The translations under genes were made by a program, and so were the position numbers. The notes beneath the pieces are model-generated. The model did not search any database, was not told the origin of the DNA, and saw only the letters and a program-made list of their open reading frames with translations. Source: a virus. From it: DNA of 64,000 nt. The DNA lies in the IMG/VR virus record IMGVR_UViG_3300012204_000007, positions 56,831-120,830 of that record; one strand, written 5' to 3'. The stretch's first letter is position 1. Every line of letters begins with the position of its first letter. This document shows, one piece after another, positions 1 to 8,386 of the stretch.

Positions 1-126
1 GCGCTCATGTCACAGAACAAGTGCGACAGCACGGTGTGGGACATGCTCATGACCCTGTTCGATGCCGACGACCTGGCCCACCTAGTCAAGCAGCGTGACG
101 CATGGTCAAGCGTTAATGACTTCTAA
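1..126 (+). CDS. 3' end of a hypothetical protein entering from outside the window
   Basis: Frame 1 is open from base 1 (ALMSQNKCDSTVWDMLMTLFDADDLAHLVKQRDAWSSVNDF) to TAA at 124-126, followed directly by a terminator. Confidence 0.6.
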   Translation, partial: ALMSQNKCDSTVWDMLMTLFDADDLAHLVKQRDAWSSVNDF

Positions 127-130
127 TCCC

Positions 131-171
131 ACAGGAAGCCCTCAGATTGGCTCTGAGGGCTTCCTGTTTTA
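131..171 (+). terminator. Rho-independent terminator
   Basis: Perfect 16-bp stem ACAGGAAGCCCTCAGA / TCTGAGGGCTTCCTGT with a 5-nt loop, followed by a T run. Confidence 0.9.
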
Positions 172-501
172 TCTGTGGGTACCGACCCCATTGGGACCCC
201 CCGCACGTCTCCTAGGGCCCATTCTGTGCGTCTGAGACGCCTTCCCACGTGCGCACTATCCTGTGCTGCGCATAGCGCTCTCGGGGTAGTATCATACAAG
301 ATAGATATTTTTTAACATTTACAAATATTGATATAATAGTCTAGTCTTTTTGTAGACTTTCAGCGGGACTCCATGTCCATCCCCACCGCTTGTTACACGG
401 GGTATGATGTTTATGAATACCACACGGTGGAGAACCCACTGGGCAGTCCGGTGAATATTTCCAACAAACTTCTATAAGTTCATCGTTGTCATATATACAC
501 A

Positions 502-717
502 TTACTCTTCTACCGGCCCCGGTATAAAAATATCTGGGTTGTTGTGACCCTTGTTCTCATGATGTTCATATAGTTCGTTGGCGGTATCTTCATCAAGATG
601 AGTTAGTATAGCCATACCAATGTCATACAGTCTCATTAGTAGTGCTATTTGAACAAGGTCTTGTTCTGAGGGCTCACTTACTAATACCGGCGGTAGTTCT
701 TCGTTCCAGTCGTTCAC
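502..717 (-). CDS. hypothetical protein
   Basis: 71-aa ORF, last in a chain of overlapping leftward ORFs. Confidence 0.7.
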   Translation of the reverse strand: MNDWNEELPPVLVSEPSEQDLVQIALLMRLYDIGMAILTHLDEDTANELYEHHENKGHNNPDIFIPGPVEE

Positions 718-917
718 TCTTCATCGCTCCATTCAAATGTCATAGTACAATACATTGTAACATCTAAAGTAAATTGGTCTGTCCATGTTGTTTCTGAATC
801 TACGTCAACCGTAGTTAGAACAGCATTTTCAGGTAGTTTTAGTGCATTGAGGGCAGCAATAATCTCTGCCTTACCGCCGCTGCCTACATTTACCTTAACG
901 CTCTTGTGAACCCTCAC
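714..917 (-). CDS. hypothetical protein
   Basis: 67-aa ORF with 4-bp overlaps to both neighbours. Confidence 0.7.
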   Translation of the reverse strand: MRVHKSVKVNVGSGGKAEIIAALNALKLPENAVLTTVDVDSETTWTDQFTLDVTMYCTMTFEWSDEE

Positions 918-2074
918 AGTTCCTCTTTCTTGTAGTTAGAGATTTCCATGCGTGCTGCTTGAGCACTCTCTGGGTGAAGTTTCAAGATATTGACAAACTC
1001 CGCCATAGATGGGAACTTAGGTAGTTTTACTGCTACCGGCTCGTCATATACCCACAAGAACATCTCTTCTATCTGAGAATCTATTGGCGGTAGAAGATGA
1101 ATCTTCTTATCCATCCTACCGGCGCGGATAAGAGCATCGTCTAGGTTCTCAACATGATTTGTTGTCATAAATGTCATGAGGCCGTTAGGAGTTGCTACGC
1201 CATCTAGAGCGTTGAGAAGGCCAGCCAATGTTGGGCCTGGTCCTAAGTCAGAATCTCTAGTCACACTACTAGAGAAGATATCAACATCTTCCAATAGTAG
1301 AATAGAGTTGTCTTCAATTGTATTGATAGCACTCACCAACATATTGTCATCCTTAAGTGCAGCCAGGGAGAGTGAGTATAGACTCATCTTGTACCTATGC
1401 GCAATAGCCGCCACGAGAGAGGACTTACCATTGCCAGGTGGACCATAGAACAGATAGCCTCTGTGCCACGGTGCACCGATTCTTTCGTACTTCTTCTCAT
1501 TCTCAAAAAACCCGCTAATGTCATCTAGCAAAGAGTTTTTTACACCTTTCGGCAGAAAGATAGACTCAATATCGCGGTATGATAATGGAGACTGGCTCCA
1601 ATAACTACTGGTATAGGTAAGGATATTTACCGTCTTGGTCTCCATCTTGCGCGCTTCTGTAAGTTCTTCGAACTTCTCAAGTAGCATTTCGATACCGGCG
1701 CGGGTACGACATTTGAAAATCATCTCACCCTTTGGCTTGTTACCATCGTACGAGTCAATGATAACATTGGTCTCAGGCATCGCTACAGAAATCTTATATT
1801 CGTAACCTCTATAGTTGACCTTAGAAGTACCATTTTGGTTGTAGACCTTGTGCAAGCCTATTGAGTTAGACTCTACGCGAGTATGGTTCGTCTTGGTCTC
1901 ATCGACCAACCAGCGCAGCAGTGCTGGATAGATATACGCAGAGCCATCTACGGTCATTGTATATTGAAACCTCTCTTCGTATCTTGTTTTTAGGTCTCTA
2001 GAGAGAGACCACGCTGTGGTCGCCACACTGAGCGCAGTCGCGGCGGTAGCGAGTTTACTCTTCTTCTTCGTCAT
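914..2074 (-). CDS. BCS1-like AAA+ ATPase
   Basis: PWHRGYLFYGPPGNGKSS (Walker A), LLEDVD (Walker B), TLAGLLNALDG, MTTNH..LDDALIRAGRMD; hydrophobic N-terminus. Confidence 0.85.
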   Translation of the reverse strand: MTKKKSKLATAATALSVATTAWSLSRDLKTRYEERFQYTMTVDGSAYIYPALLRWLVDETKTNHTRVESNSIGLHKVYNQNGTSKVNYRGYEYKISVAMPETNVIIDSYDGNKPKGEMIFKCRTRAGIEMLLEKFEELTEARKMETKTVNILTYTSSYWSQSPLSYRDIESIFLPKGVKNSLLDDISGFFENEKKYERIGAPWHRGYLFYGPPGNGKSSLVAAIAHRYKMSLYSLSLAALKDDNMLVSAINTIEDNSILLLEDVDIFSSSVTRDSDLGPGPTLAGLLNALDGVATPNGLMTFMTTNHVENLDDALIRAGRMDKKIHLLPPIDSQIEEMFLWVYDEPVAVKLPKFPSMAEFVNILKLHPESAQAARMEISNYKKEEL

Positions 2075-2366
2075 CGCCTGTCTCTATCTCCCAAAAGTTT
2101 TCCATACGTAGCAAAGTGCCCCTGTCATCCATAGGGATAAGGTCCAACTTAATGGATGCATTTTCTCTTGTATAGTATGGTCTCGTTAGTACGTCCATCA
2201 TGTCATAATCATAATCTTGACCCAACTCAATCTCTATAATGCCTGTGCGACCACATATTACTCGCTCTCTCTTGTCGTCATCAATCTCGACAAGAAAGAC
2301 CTTGTATTGCTTGGTCTTAATATGCTGCAATCCATTATTCACTAATATTCTCCGAATATGTCTCAA
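2055..2366 (-). CDS. hypothetical protein (true start may be a little downstream)
   Basis: Fills the gap between ThyX and the AAA gene in the leftward operon. Confidence 0.6.
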   Translation of the reverse strand: MRHIRRILVNNGLQHIKTKQYKVFLVEIDDDKRERVICGRTGIIEIELGQDYDYDMMDVLTRPYYTRENASIKLDLIPMDDRGTLLRMENFWEIETGDDEEEE

Positions 2367-3108
2367 AAGCCTCTAATTGGGCAACACGCTTGCGCAGTTG
2401 CTCAAGTTCCTTGGCATCTTCGCGCCAATCGTACTTCTTGTAGGCGGCATATGTCAGGGGCATCTGCTTGGCAAATAACCTCTCGATTTCCTGAGCCACC
2501 ATACGAATTTCATACAGAGCATTAGGGTCATTGCGAAGTGTAAGGAACTGCATCACATTGCGAGGGTTGGCGGTAGCATAGAACTGGGTCATAATACCGA
2601 CCGGTAGCACATCTCTTGCTATCTCGCGTGCAATACCAAGCCCCAGCATCTTTTGATAAGCAAACCAAGACTCAGTATATGCATACCTAGTTTGATTAAA
2701 TACTTGTTTATATTGCTCATTATTACCAGGCTCAAATCGGTACGAACCAACTTTCCCAGTCTGGACTAGTGGTCTATCTGGTGCCGCTACATAGAATCTT
2801 GAGTCTAGTTCCTTATACCGGCCCGAGGTCTCGTTATACGACCATGTGCGGTGGCGCATAAACTCACGCGCCACAAAGATTGGAGTATCTATAAAAAAGG
2901 TGAGCGACCCGTGCTCGAATGGCGACATGTGTCGCTCGCGGTAGAGAAAGTTGATAAGCCCTTCTTGCTTACCAGACTCAGCCAACTTTTGCTGAGCATC
3001 ACTACCAAAGTTACTTACCCATGCCGCACGGCACACATCTTCGTCAGATGCATTGCTCTTTATAAGTTCTACTGTGCTGTTTGATACAAATTTAAGTTTA
3101 GTTGTCAT
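2335..3108 (-). CDS. thyX: flavin-dependent thymidylate synthase
   Basis: HMSPFEH and REFMRHRTWSYNETSGRY (RHRx7SxR motif), plus EIARDVLP and EIR motifs. Confidence 0.95.
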   Translation of the reverse strand: MTTKLKFVSNSTVELIKSNASDEDVCRAAWVSNFGSDAQQKLAESGKQEGLINFLYRERHMSPFEHGSLTFFIDTPIFVAREFMRHRTWSYNETSGRYKELDSRFYVAAPDRPLVQTGKVGSYRFEPGNNEQYKQVFNQTRYAYTESWFAYQKMLGLGIAREIARDVLPVGIMTQFYATANPRNVMQFLTLRNDPNALYEIRMVAQEIERLFAKQMPLTYAAYKKYDWREDAKELEQLRKRVAQLEAFETYSENISE

Positions 3109-3346
3109 TATTCCTTAGGTTTTCTACTATCTCGCCAATATTGGCTCTAATCTGGTCCCATGTATATATACTAATACCAAATACAGTTCGGCATGCAAAG
3201 CATTTGAGTTCTGGTTCTGAGTGCTGTCCGACTACGGGGACAAGTTCGCTCTGACAGTCTGGACATACTATCACGGGAGCATCGCCATTGGCTACCGCTG
3301 AGCGGTAGACATGAATTGCAGGCCATTTGTCTTCGTCCCTCACCAA
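3098..3346 (-). CDS. small zinc-ribbon protein
   Basis: CPDC...CFAC cysteine pairs. Confidence 0.7.
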   Translation of the reverse strand: MVRDEDKWPAIHVYRSAVANGDAPVIVCPDCQSELVPVVGQHSEPELKCFACRTVFGISIYTWDQIRANIGEIVENLRNNDN

Positions 3347-3549
3347 TAACCTCTTTTAATACGCTTACTAGACTTGAAATGGTACCATCGGATGGGAAAG
3401 AAATCCATCTCACCGTCAATGTTATTAGTCTTGCATATGTGCCATCTACCGCAATCAGAACATGGTATGAGAGTTCCTTTGACATAGTGTGATGGATGAC
3501 CATACATTCTGCATATATGCTTTTCCGAAGGTCCTATGATATCTCTCAT
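3340..3549 (-). CDS. hypothetical Cys/His-rich protein
   Basis: 69-aa ORF containing CSDCGRWHIC; overlaps its neighbours. Confidence 0.6.
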   Translation of the reverse strand: MRDIIGPSEKHICRMYGHPSHYVKGTLIPCSDCGRWHICKTNNIDGEMDFFPIRWYHFKSSKRIKRGYW

Positions 3550-3641
3550 AATTTAACCATAACTTCCATAAATATTAGAAAGATGCAAATGCCTACAAGC
3601 GATAATAATATTATCGCTGGCCAACTCCATCGTGTTCTCAT
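3546..3641 (-). CDS. small membrane peptide (not in ORF track)
   Basis: MRTRWSWPAIILLSLVGICIFLIFMEVMVKL, one hydrophobic helix; ATGA overlaps at both ends. Confidence 0.55.
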   Translation of the reverse strand: MRTRWSWPAIILLSLVGICIFLIFMEVMVKL

Positions 3642-3769
3642 CTTCGCCACTCTATCATCCACCATCTGTGACCAAACCATATTTCTACACTTCTATGAAA
3701 CCTGAAAACCCTAAACCAACCGTTATGATGGCTCTGTGGATACTTAAACCAAGCGGTATCAATCTTCAT
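3638..3769 (-). CDS. small Trp-rich hypothetical protein (not in ORF track)
   Basis: MKIDTAWFKYPQSHHNGWFRVFRFHRSVEIWFGHRWWMIEWRR; coupled to its neighbours. Confidence 0.5.
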   Translation of the reverse strand: MKIDTAWFKYPQSHHNGWFRVFRFHRSVEIWFGHRWWMIEWRR

Positions 3770-3935
3770 TAGGAAGCCTTTCAAGGAAATGGGTACCGGC
3801 TCCATCCTTCATCCATACATAGGACTTACCAAAGAGTTCGGTACGAAATAGAAACTTACATCCAGCATCAATTAGTAGTTGCAGATATGCTAACTGTGCT
3901 TCATCCAACTGCTCATTTATCTGATTACTCATCAT
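3759..3935 (-). CDS. small hypothetical protein (not in ORF track)
   Basis: MMSNQINEQLDEAQLAYLQLLIDAGCKFLFRTELFGKSYVWMKDGAGTHFLERLPNED; ATGA overlap with the upstream ORF. Confidence 0.6.
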   Translation of the reverse strand: MMSNQINEQLDEAQLAYLQLLIDAGCKFLFRTELFGKSYVWMKDGAGTHFLERLPNED

Positions 3936-4129
3936 GCACCATAGTTGTGTGGTGCGAAGTTCTTGTGGGGGGTAGTGGGACAGGTCTCATGAGTGAATGT
4001 TGCACCATCGTAGCGATGAACTAGACTGCCCTTTCGAATATATACGTTGCATTTGTAACAATACATTGCAAACGGAGCCGCGATTGTGGTGAAAGTGCTA
4101 TCTACGAGCGCCTGCTCTGCGAGAGTCAT
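3932..4129 (-). CDS. small CxxC...HxxC zinc-binding protein
   Basis: CYKC...HETC; upstream AAGGAAG SD-like sequence on the minus strand. Confidence 0.7.
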   Translation of the reverse strand: MTLAEQALVDSTFTTIAAPFAMYCYKCNVYIRKGSLVHRYDGATFTHETCPTTPHKNFAPHNYGA

Positions 4130-4167
4130 TGTCTTCCTTTCGGTAGGTGATGAACAACGGTACCATA

Positions 4168-4386
4168 CTAGAATGGGGGTGTCAACTCTTCTGTACTAAG
4201 GATTTCCTTGCCGGGCGTGGGGTGTCTATCACGGCTTGCACGGAGTTCATCATAACACTTCACATGTGCAAGATGTGAACCTTGCTTCTTGGTGCAGTCA
4301 AAGTAGACCAAAGTGCTGTGTGGGAACTCTTTTTTGCAGATTGCACACATTCCCGCTCTTATTGTTAATCCTGTCCATGCTGGCAA
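4168..4386 (-). CDS. small CxxC...HxxC zinc-binding protein
   Basis: CAIC...HVKC, the same pattern as the adjacent gene. Confidence 0.65.
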   Translation of the reverse strand: MPAWTGLTIRAGMCAICKKEFPHSTLVYFDCTKKQGSHLAHVKCYDELRASRDRHPTPGKEILSTEELTPPF

Positions 4387-4540
4387 AAGAAAATCCCCTA
4401 ATAACCCCTTAAGAAAAGTATTACTTCAAAGAAGTAATACTAGAACTTGTTTTATATTATATTAATATAATATGTAACTCTTAGTTACACTCTTGTTAGT
4501 ATACTTGTATTGGTGTTCTTCCTTAGGACCAATTATACAC

Positions 4541-4569
4541 AGCATATGTCAAGTTGGCACCATTGTCAA
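4541..4569 (-). promoter_or_regulatory. leftward sigma70-type promoter
   Basis: Minus strand TTGACA (4569-4564), 17 nt, TATGCT (4546-4541). Confidence 0.65.
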
Positions 4570-4582
4570 GTTACGATAGAAT
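4554..4582 (+). promoter_or_regulatory. rightward sigma70-type promoter
   Basis: TTGGCA, 17 nt, TAGAAT; overlaps the divergent promoter. Confidence 0.6.
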
Positions 4583-4608
4583 AGATGTATCTAGATAGGA
4601 TTTTATAA

Positions 4609-5544
4609 ATGAAGGTTTCTTTTAACCAAACTAGTTCCCCAAACGTCAGGGCTACTAATGGATATGGCTATGCTGCCAAGATGTGCAGGGAGTCTTTGAT
4701 AAGGCTTGGACATTCTGTAGATTGGCGTGACGATACCGCCGATGTTGAGATTAACTTCATTCAACCCGAGAACTGGCACTGGACGGGCCCATATCGTATA
4801 GCCTATCTTCCTTGGGAGTCTACAGGGCTGCGCGACGGCTGGTCCTCGCTGTTGAACGAGGTTGACGAGGTCTGGACGCCCTCACCAGTAATCGCACAGT
4901 GGTTTGCGGACGCTGGGGTCACCAAGAACATACGCATTTATGAGCATGGCGTAGAGAGGCTCTGGGAGCCCTATCTGAGACCGCTCGACGGCACTTTCCG
5001 CATTCTTCACCATGGCGGTGAGGCTTTGCGCAAGGGCGGTAACGAGACAATCCGCGCCTTCCTTACCAAGTTAGGCGACGAGGATGCTCAACTCGTGTTG
5101 AAGATGATTCTTCAACAGTTTAACCTCCACGACACAAAGCACATCCAACTTCTTCTAAAGAAGGTTGATATTGATGAACTTGTTGCAATCTATCACGGAT
5201 GTAGCATGTTTTGCTATCCTTCGTGGGGAGAAGGGTTTGGCCTAACTCCGTTACAGGCAATGGCGACCGGTATGCCTATTTTGATTACCGATGGCTGGGC
5301 ACCATATGCCAGATTCATTCCTGAGAATAGCTTAATAAAATCTGAGTTAGTTGAGTCTCCTTGGCAGTCACATCATCCTGGGATGATGTTCAAGCCAGAT
5401 GAAGACGACCTACGAGATAAACTGCGCTGGCACTTTGATAACCGTGAATCAGAACGAGACCGCGCATTCAATATTGCTGAAACAGTACGTTCTGAGTATG
5501 ATTGGGACACACTAACAGCCGCAGCATTCGCTCATCTTATCTAA
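4609..5544 (+). CDS. GT-B fold glycosyltransferase (GT4-like)
   Basis: YLPWES, DEVWTPS, RKGG, YPSWGEGFGLTPLQAMATGMP. Confidence 0.9.
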   Translation: MKVSFNQTSSPNVRATNGYGYAAKMCRESLIRLGHSVDWRDDTADVEINFIQPENWHWTGPYRIAYLPWESTGLRDGWSSLLNEVDEVWTPSPVIAQWFADAGVTKNIRIYEHGVERLWEPYLRPLDGTFRILHHGGEALRKGGNETIRAFLTKLGDEDAQLVLKMILQQFNLHDTKHIQLLLKKVDIDELVAIYHGCSMFCYPSWGEGFGLTPLQAMATGMPILITDGWAPYARFIPENSLIKSELVESPWQSHHPGMMFKPDEDDLRDKLRWHFDNRESERDRAFNIAETVRSEYDWDTLTAAAFAHLI

Positions 5545-5628
5545 GCAAAAATTTATCTGAGTGGGTCGCCTTAGAACCCATACGCTGCTATGCTTAGAGA
5601 ACCACATTTTTTACTAGGAGCGTTAAAA

Positions 5629-7578
5629 TTGAACACTATTTTGGATGAAAAGGGCATGATTAAAGACTCTTACAGGTCTTTCATTGCAGCAAGTCGTTAC
5701 AGTAGATGGCTCGATGACGAAGGTCGTCGTGAGTCATGGACAGAGACGGTAGATAGATATATTAACTATATGCATAACCATGTTAATACAAACTATACCG
5801 GCGCAATTTCTGACACATTTTGGTTAGAAGCCAGAGAGGCAATTCTTAATCATAAGGTTATGCCGTCTATGCGGGCGCTGATGACAGCCGGTAAAGCATT
5901 GGAGCGTGAGAACCTAGCATCCTATAACTGTTCATTTATTGCAATTGATGACCCGAGGTCATTTGATGAAGCGCTTTATATCCTGATGAATGGTGTTGGT
6001 TTAGGATTTTCTGTAGAAAAAGAGCATATTGCTAAACTACCACTCGTAGATGAGCATTTTGAGCAGTCTGGCTCAACCATCGTGGTTGCAGACTCTAAGG
6101 CAGGATGGGCGCGTGGTCTGCGTGAGTTGATTGCAATGCTTTACGCTGGTCAGATTCCCAGCATTGATATTACTAATGTTCGCCCAGCGGGAGCAAGATT
6201 GAAGACATTCGGTGGCCGCGCCAGCGGGCCACAGCCTCTAATCGACCTATTTGACTTTACTATTGATATCTTCAAGAATGCCGCCGGTAGGAAACTAACC
6301 CCAATCGAAGCACATGACATTATGTGTAAAATTGGAGAGGTGGTAGTTGTTGGTGGTGTTCGTCGCAGCGCACTTATCTCTTTGTCTGACCTATCCGACT
6401 ATGATATGGCTAAATCAAAGTCTGGCGCATGGTGGGAGTCAGAGCAACAGCGGGCATTGGCCAACAATTCTGTAGCCTATTACAAGAAGCCTTCTATTGG
6501 TGAGTTCTTAACAGAGTGGGGGCATCTATATGAATCTAAGTCGGGCGAGCGCGGTATTATCAATATGGATGGTCTTCGCAAGCACACAAATGCCCCACGT
6601 AGAGACTTATCTCAAATAATGGGCCTCAACCCTTGCGGAGAGATTCTACTACGCTCTAAGCAGTTGTGCAACCTTACAGAAGTGATTGTTGACTCTGAGG
6701 ATACACCCGCCGACCTCGTAAAGAAAATTGAAATTGCTACAACATTGGGTACCATCCAGTCTAGCCTTACAAATTTCAAATATCTTCGAAAGGTTTGGAA
6801 AGACAACTGTGAAGAAGAACGTCTATTGGGTGTTTCTCTTACCGGGCAACTTGGACACCAGACATTGTCTGGTGCGGCAGGTATAGACTCTTTGATACAT
6901 CTGCTTACACAGATGAAAGAGGTTGCTATTGACCAAAATAGAATAATTGCTGAGTCAATGGGAATTAACATTTCCACCGCGATTACTACAGTAAAGCCTT
7001 CTGGCACTGTATCTCAGTTAACAGCCTCATCTTCTGGAATGCATCCATGGCACAATGACTATTACATTCGTTCTGTTCGTGGTGATAACAAGGACCCAAT
7101 TACAAAGTTCTTAAAGGATATGGATATTCCTAACGAGCCGGATGTAACCAAACCAGGCTCAACAACTGTATTTTATTTCCCACAGAAGGCACCAGCACAT
7201 GCGCTAACACGTAATGACTTGACTGCCATTGAGCATTTGGAAATATGGAAAGCATACAAGCAACATTGGACAGAGCATAATCCATCAGTGACAATCAGCG
7301 TACGAGAGTCGGAATGGATTGGAGTAGCAAATTGGGTATATCTTAACTGGGATGTAGTCGGCGGTATCTCATTTTTGCCTTATAGCAACCATACCTACCG
7401 CCAGGCACCATATCAGGACTGTGACGAGTCAACATATAATCAGTTTATGGCTGACATGCCCAGCGAGATTGACTGGTCATTGCTTTCTGCATATGAATTG
7501 GAAGACACTACTACCGGCAGTCAGACTTTGGCCTGCACGTCATCGTCGTGTGAGATAGTAGACATATCATCTAAGTAG
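5629..7578 (+). CDS. nrdJ: class II (adenosylcobalamin-dependent) ribonucleotide reductase
   Basis: YNCSF, GGVRRSA, GLNPCGEI, TTVKPSGTVSQL and C-terminal ACTSSSCEI; no small-subunit gene adjacent. Probable TTG start at 5629 after AGGAG. Confidence 0.92.
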   Translation: MNTILDEKGMIKDSYRSFIAASRYSRWLDDEGRRESWTETVDRYINYMHNHVNTNYTGAISDTFWLEAREAILNHKVMPSMRALMTAGKALERENLASYNCSFIAIDDPRSFDEALYILMNGVGLGFSVEKEHIAKLPLVDEHFEQSGSTIVVADSKAGWARGLRELIAMLYAGQIPSIDITNVRPAGARLKTFGGRASGPQPLIDLFDFTIDIFKNAAGRKLTPIEAHDIMCKIGEVVVVGGVRRSALISLSDLSDYDMAKSKSGAWWESEQQRALANNSVAYYKKPSIGEFLTEWGHLYESKSGERGIINMDGLRKHTNAPRRDLSQIMGLNPCGEILLRSKQLCNLTEVIVDSEDTPADLVKKIEIATTLGTIQSSLTNFKYLRKVWKDNCEEERLLGVSLTGQLGHQTLSGAAGIDSLIHLLTQMKEVAIDQNRIIAESMGINISTAITTVKPSGTVSQLTASSSGMHPWHNDYYIRSVRGDNKDPITKFLKDMDIPNEPDVTKPGSTTVFYFPQKAPAHALTRNDLTAIEHLEIWKAYKQHWTEHNPSVTISVRESEWIGVANWVYLNWDVVGGISFLPYSNHTYRQAPYQDCDESTYNQFMADMPSEIDWSLLSAYELEDTTTGSQTLACTSSSCEIVDISSK

Positions 7579-7584
7579 CGCTGT

Positions 7585-7633
7585 TTGCTTTTTGAGGACA
7601 CCTCCCTTATACTTTGTATATAAAGGGAGGTGT
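7585..7633 (+). promoter_or_regulatory. promoter embedded in an RBS-sequestering hairpin upstream of the endolysin
   Basis: TTGCTT(7585)-17-TATACT(7608). 11-bp stem ACACCTCCCTT (7598-7608) / AAGGGAGGTGT (7623-7633) contains the GGAGGT SD. Confidence 0.7.
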
Positions 7634-7639
7634 TTATTT

Positions 7640-8368
7640 ATGATGAAGAGAACTACTATGGATGGTAAGACTGTGAACCAGCGTACTTACGACATGGTAA
7701 AATTATGGGAATTCAACTGTCTAGAAGACTTGTTTGTAATTCAAGGCTCTTACAATGCTGGTGGTGTTAGTGCATCTGCTGGCACGCACGACGGTGGAGG
7801 CGCGGTAGATATAAGTGTTAGAGACCTAGGCAGTCTAAGCGCAAAGAGATGGCGCGTAAAGCAGGGCCGTCTAGCGGGCTTCGCTGCATGGTACCGCCCA
7901 ACAATCTCAGGACTTTGGTCCGAGCACATTCACGCAATTGCTATCGGTGACCCAGAGATGTCTTCTGGTGCTAGAAATCAGGTAAGTGCATATTACGATG
8001 GTCGTGATGGCCTTGTTAGTAATCTAAGAGACCAAGACCCTCGTGTTAGCCCTATTCCTGTATTTCCTAAGGTCCCCTTGAAGAAGGTTTCTCTACTTAC
8101 TGCGTATTGGCAGTTCAAGACTAGTAAGCCGGTATCACGATATGCTGTAAAGCGTATTCAATGGGTGCTTAACGAGAAGTTGGATGCTGGACTAACCTGC
8201 GATGGTGTGGCTGGCCCAAAGACACGTAGCGCTTACAAGCACTGGGAGACAAGAATTGGTGCTCCTGCTGCTGATGGCGTCCCAGGCAAGTATTCCCTAT
8301 CTAAACTAGGTCAGGGACGTTTCAAGATGAGCGTTGTTGATTATGAAAAGTGGCTTGCAGGCAAGTAA
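7640..8368 (+). CDS. endolysin (zinc-peptidase-like catalytic domain plus peptidoglycan-binding domain)
   Basis: QGSYN..SAGTHDGGGAVD...EHIHA motif; C-terminal VKRIQ..L...DGVAGPKT and ADGVPGK PG-binding repeats. ATG at 7640 after GGAGGT. Confidence 0.85.
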   Translation: MMKRTTMDGKTVNQRTYDMVKLWEFNCLEDLFVIQGSYNAGGVSASAGTHDGGGAVDISVRDLGSLSAKRWRVKQGRLAGFAAWYRPTISGLWSEHIHAIAIGDPEMSSGARNQVSAYYDGRDGLVSNLRDQDPRVSPIPVFPKVPLKKVSLLTAYWQFKTSKPVSRYAVKRIQWVLNEKLDAGLTCDGVAGPKTRSAYKHWETRIGAPAADGVPGKYSLSKLGQGRFKMSVVDYEKWLAGK

Positions 8369-8386
8369 CTATGGTATAATAGAATT

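Noticed and set aside
3171-3503. 110-aa minus-strand ORF
   Set aside because: It overlaps two better-coupled ORFs (3098-3346 and 3340-3549) in other frames.
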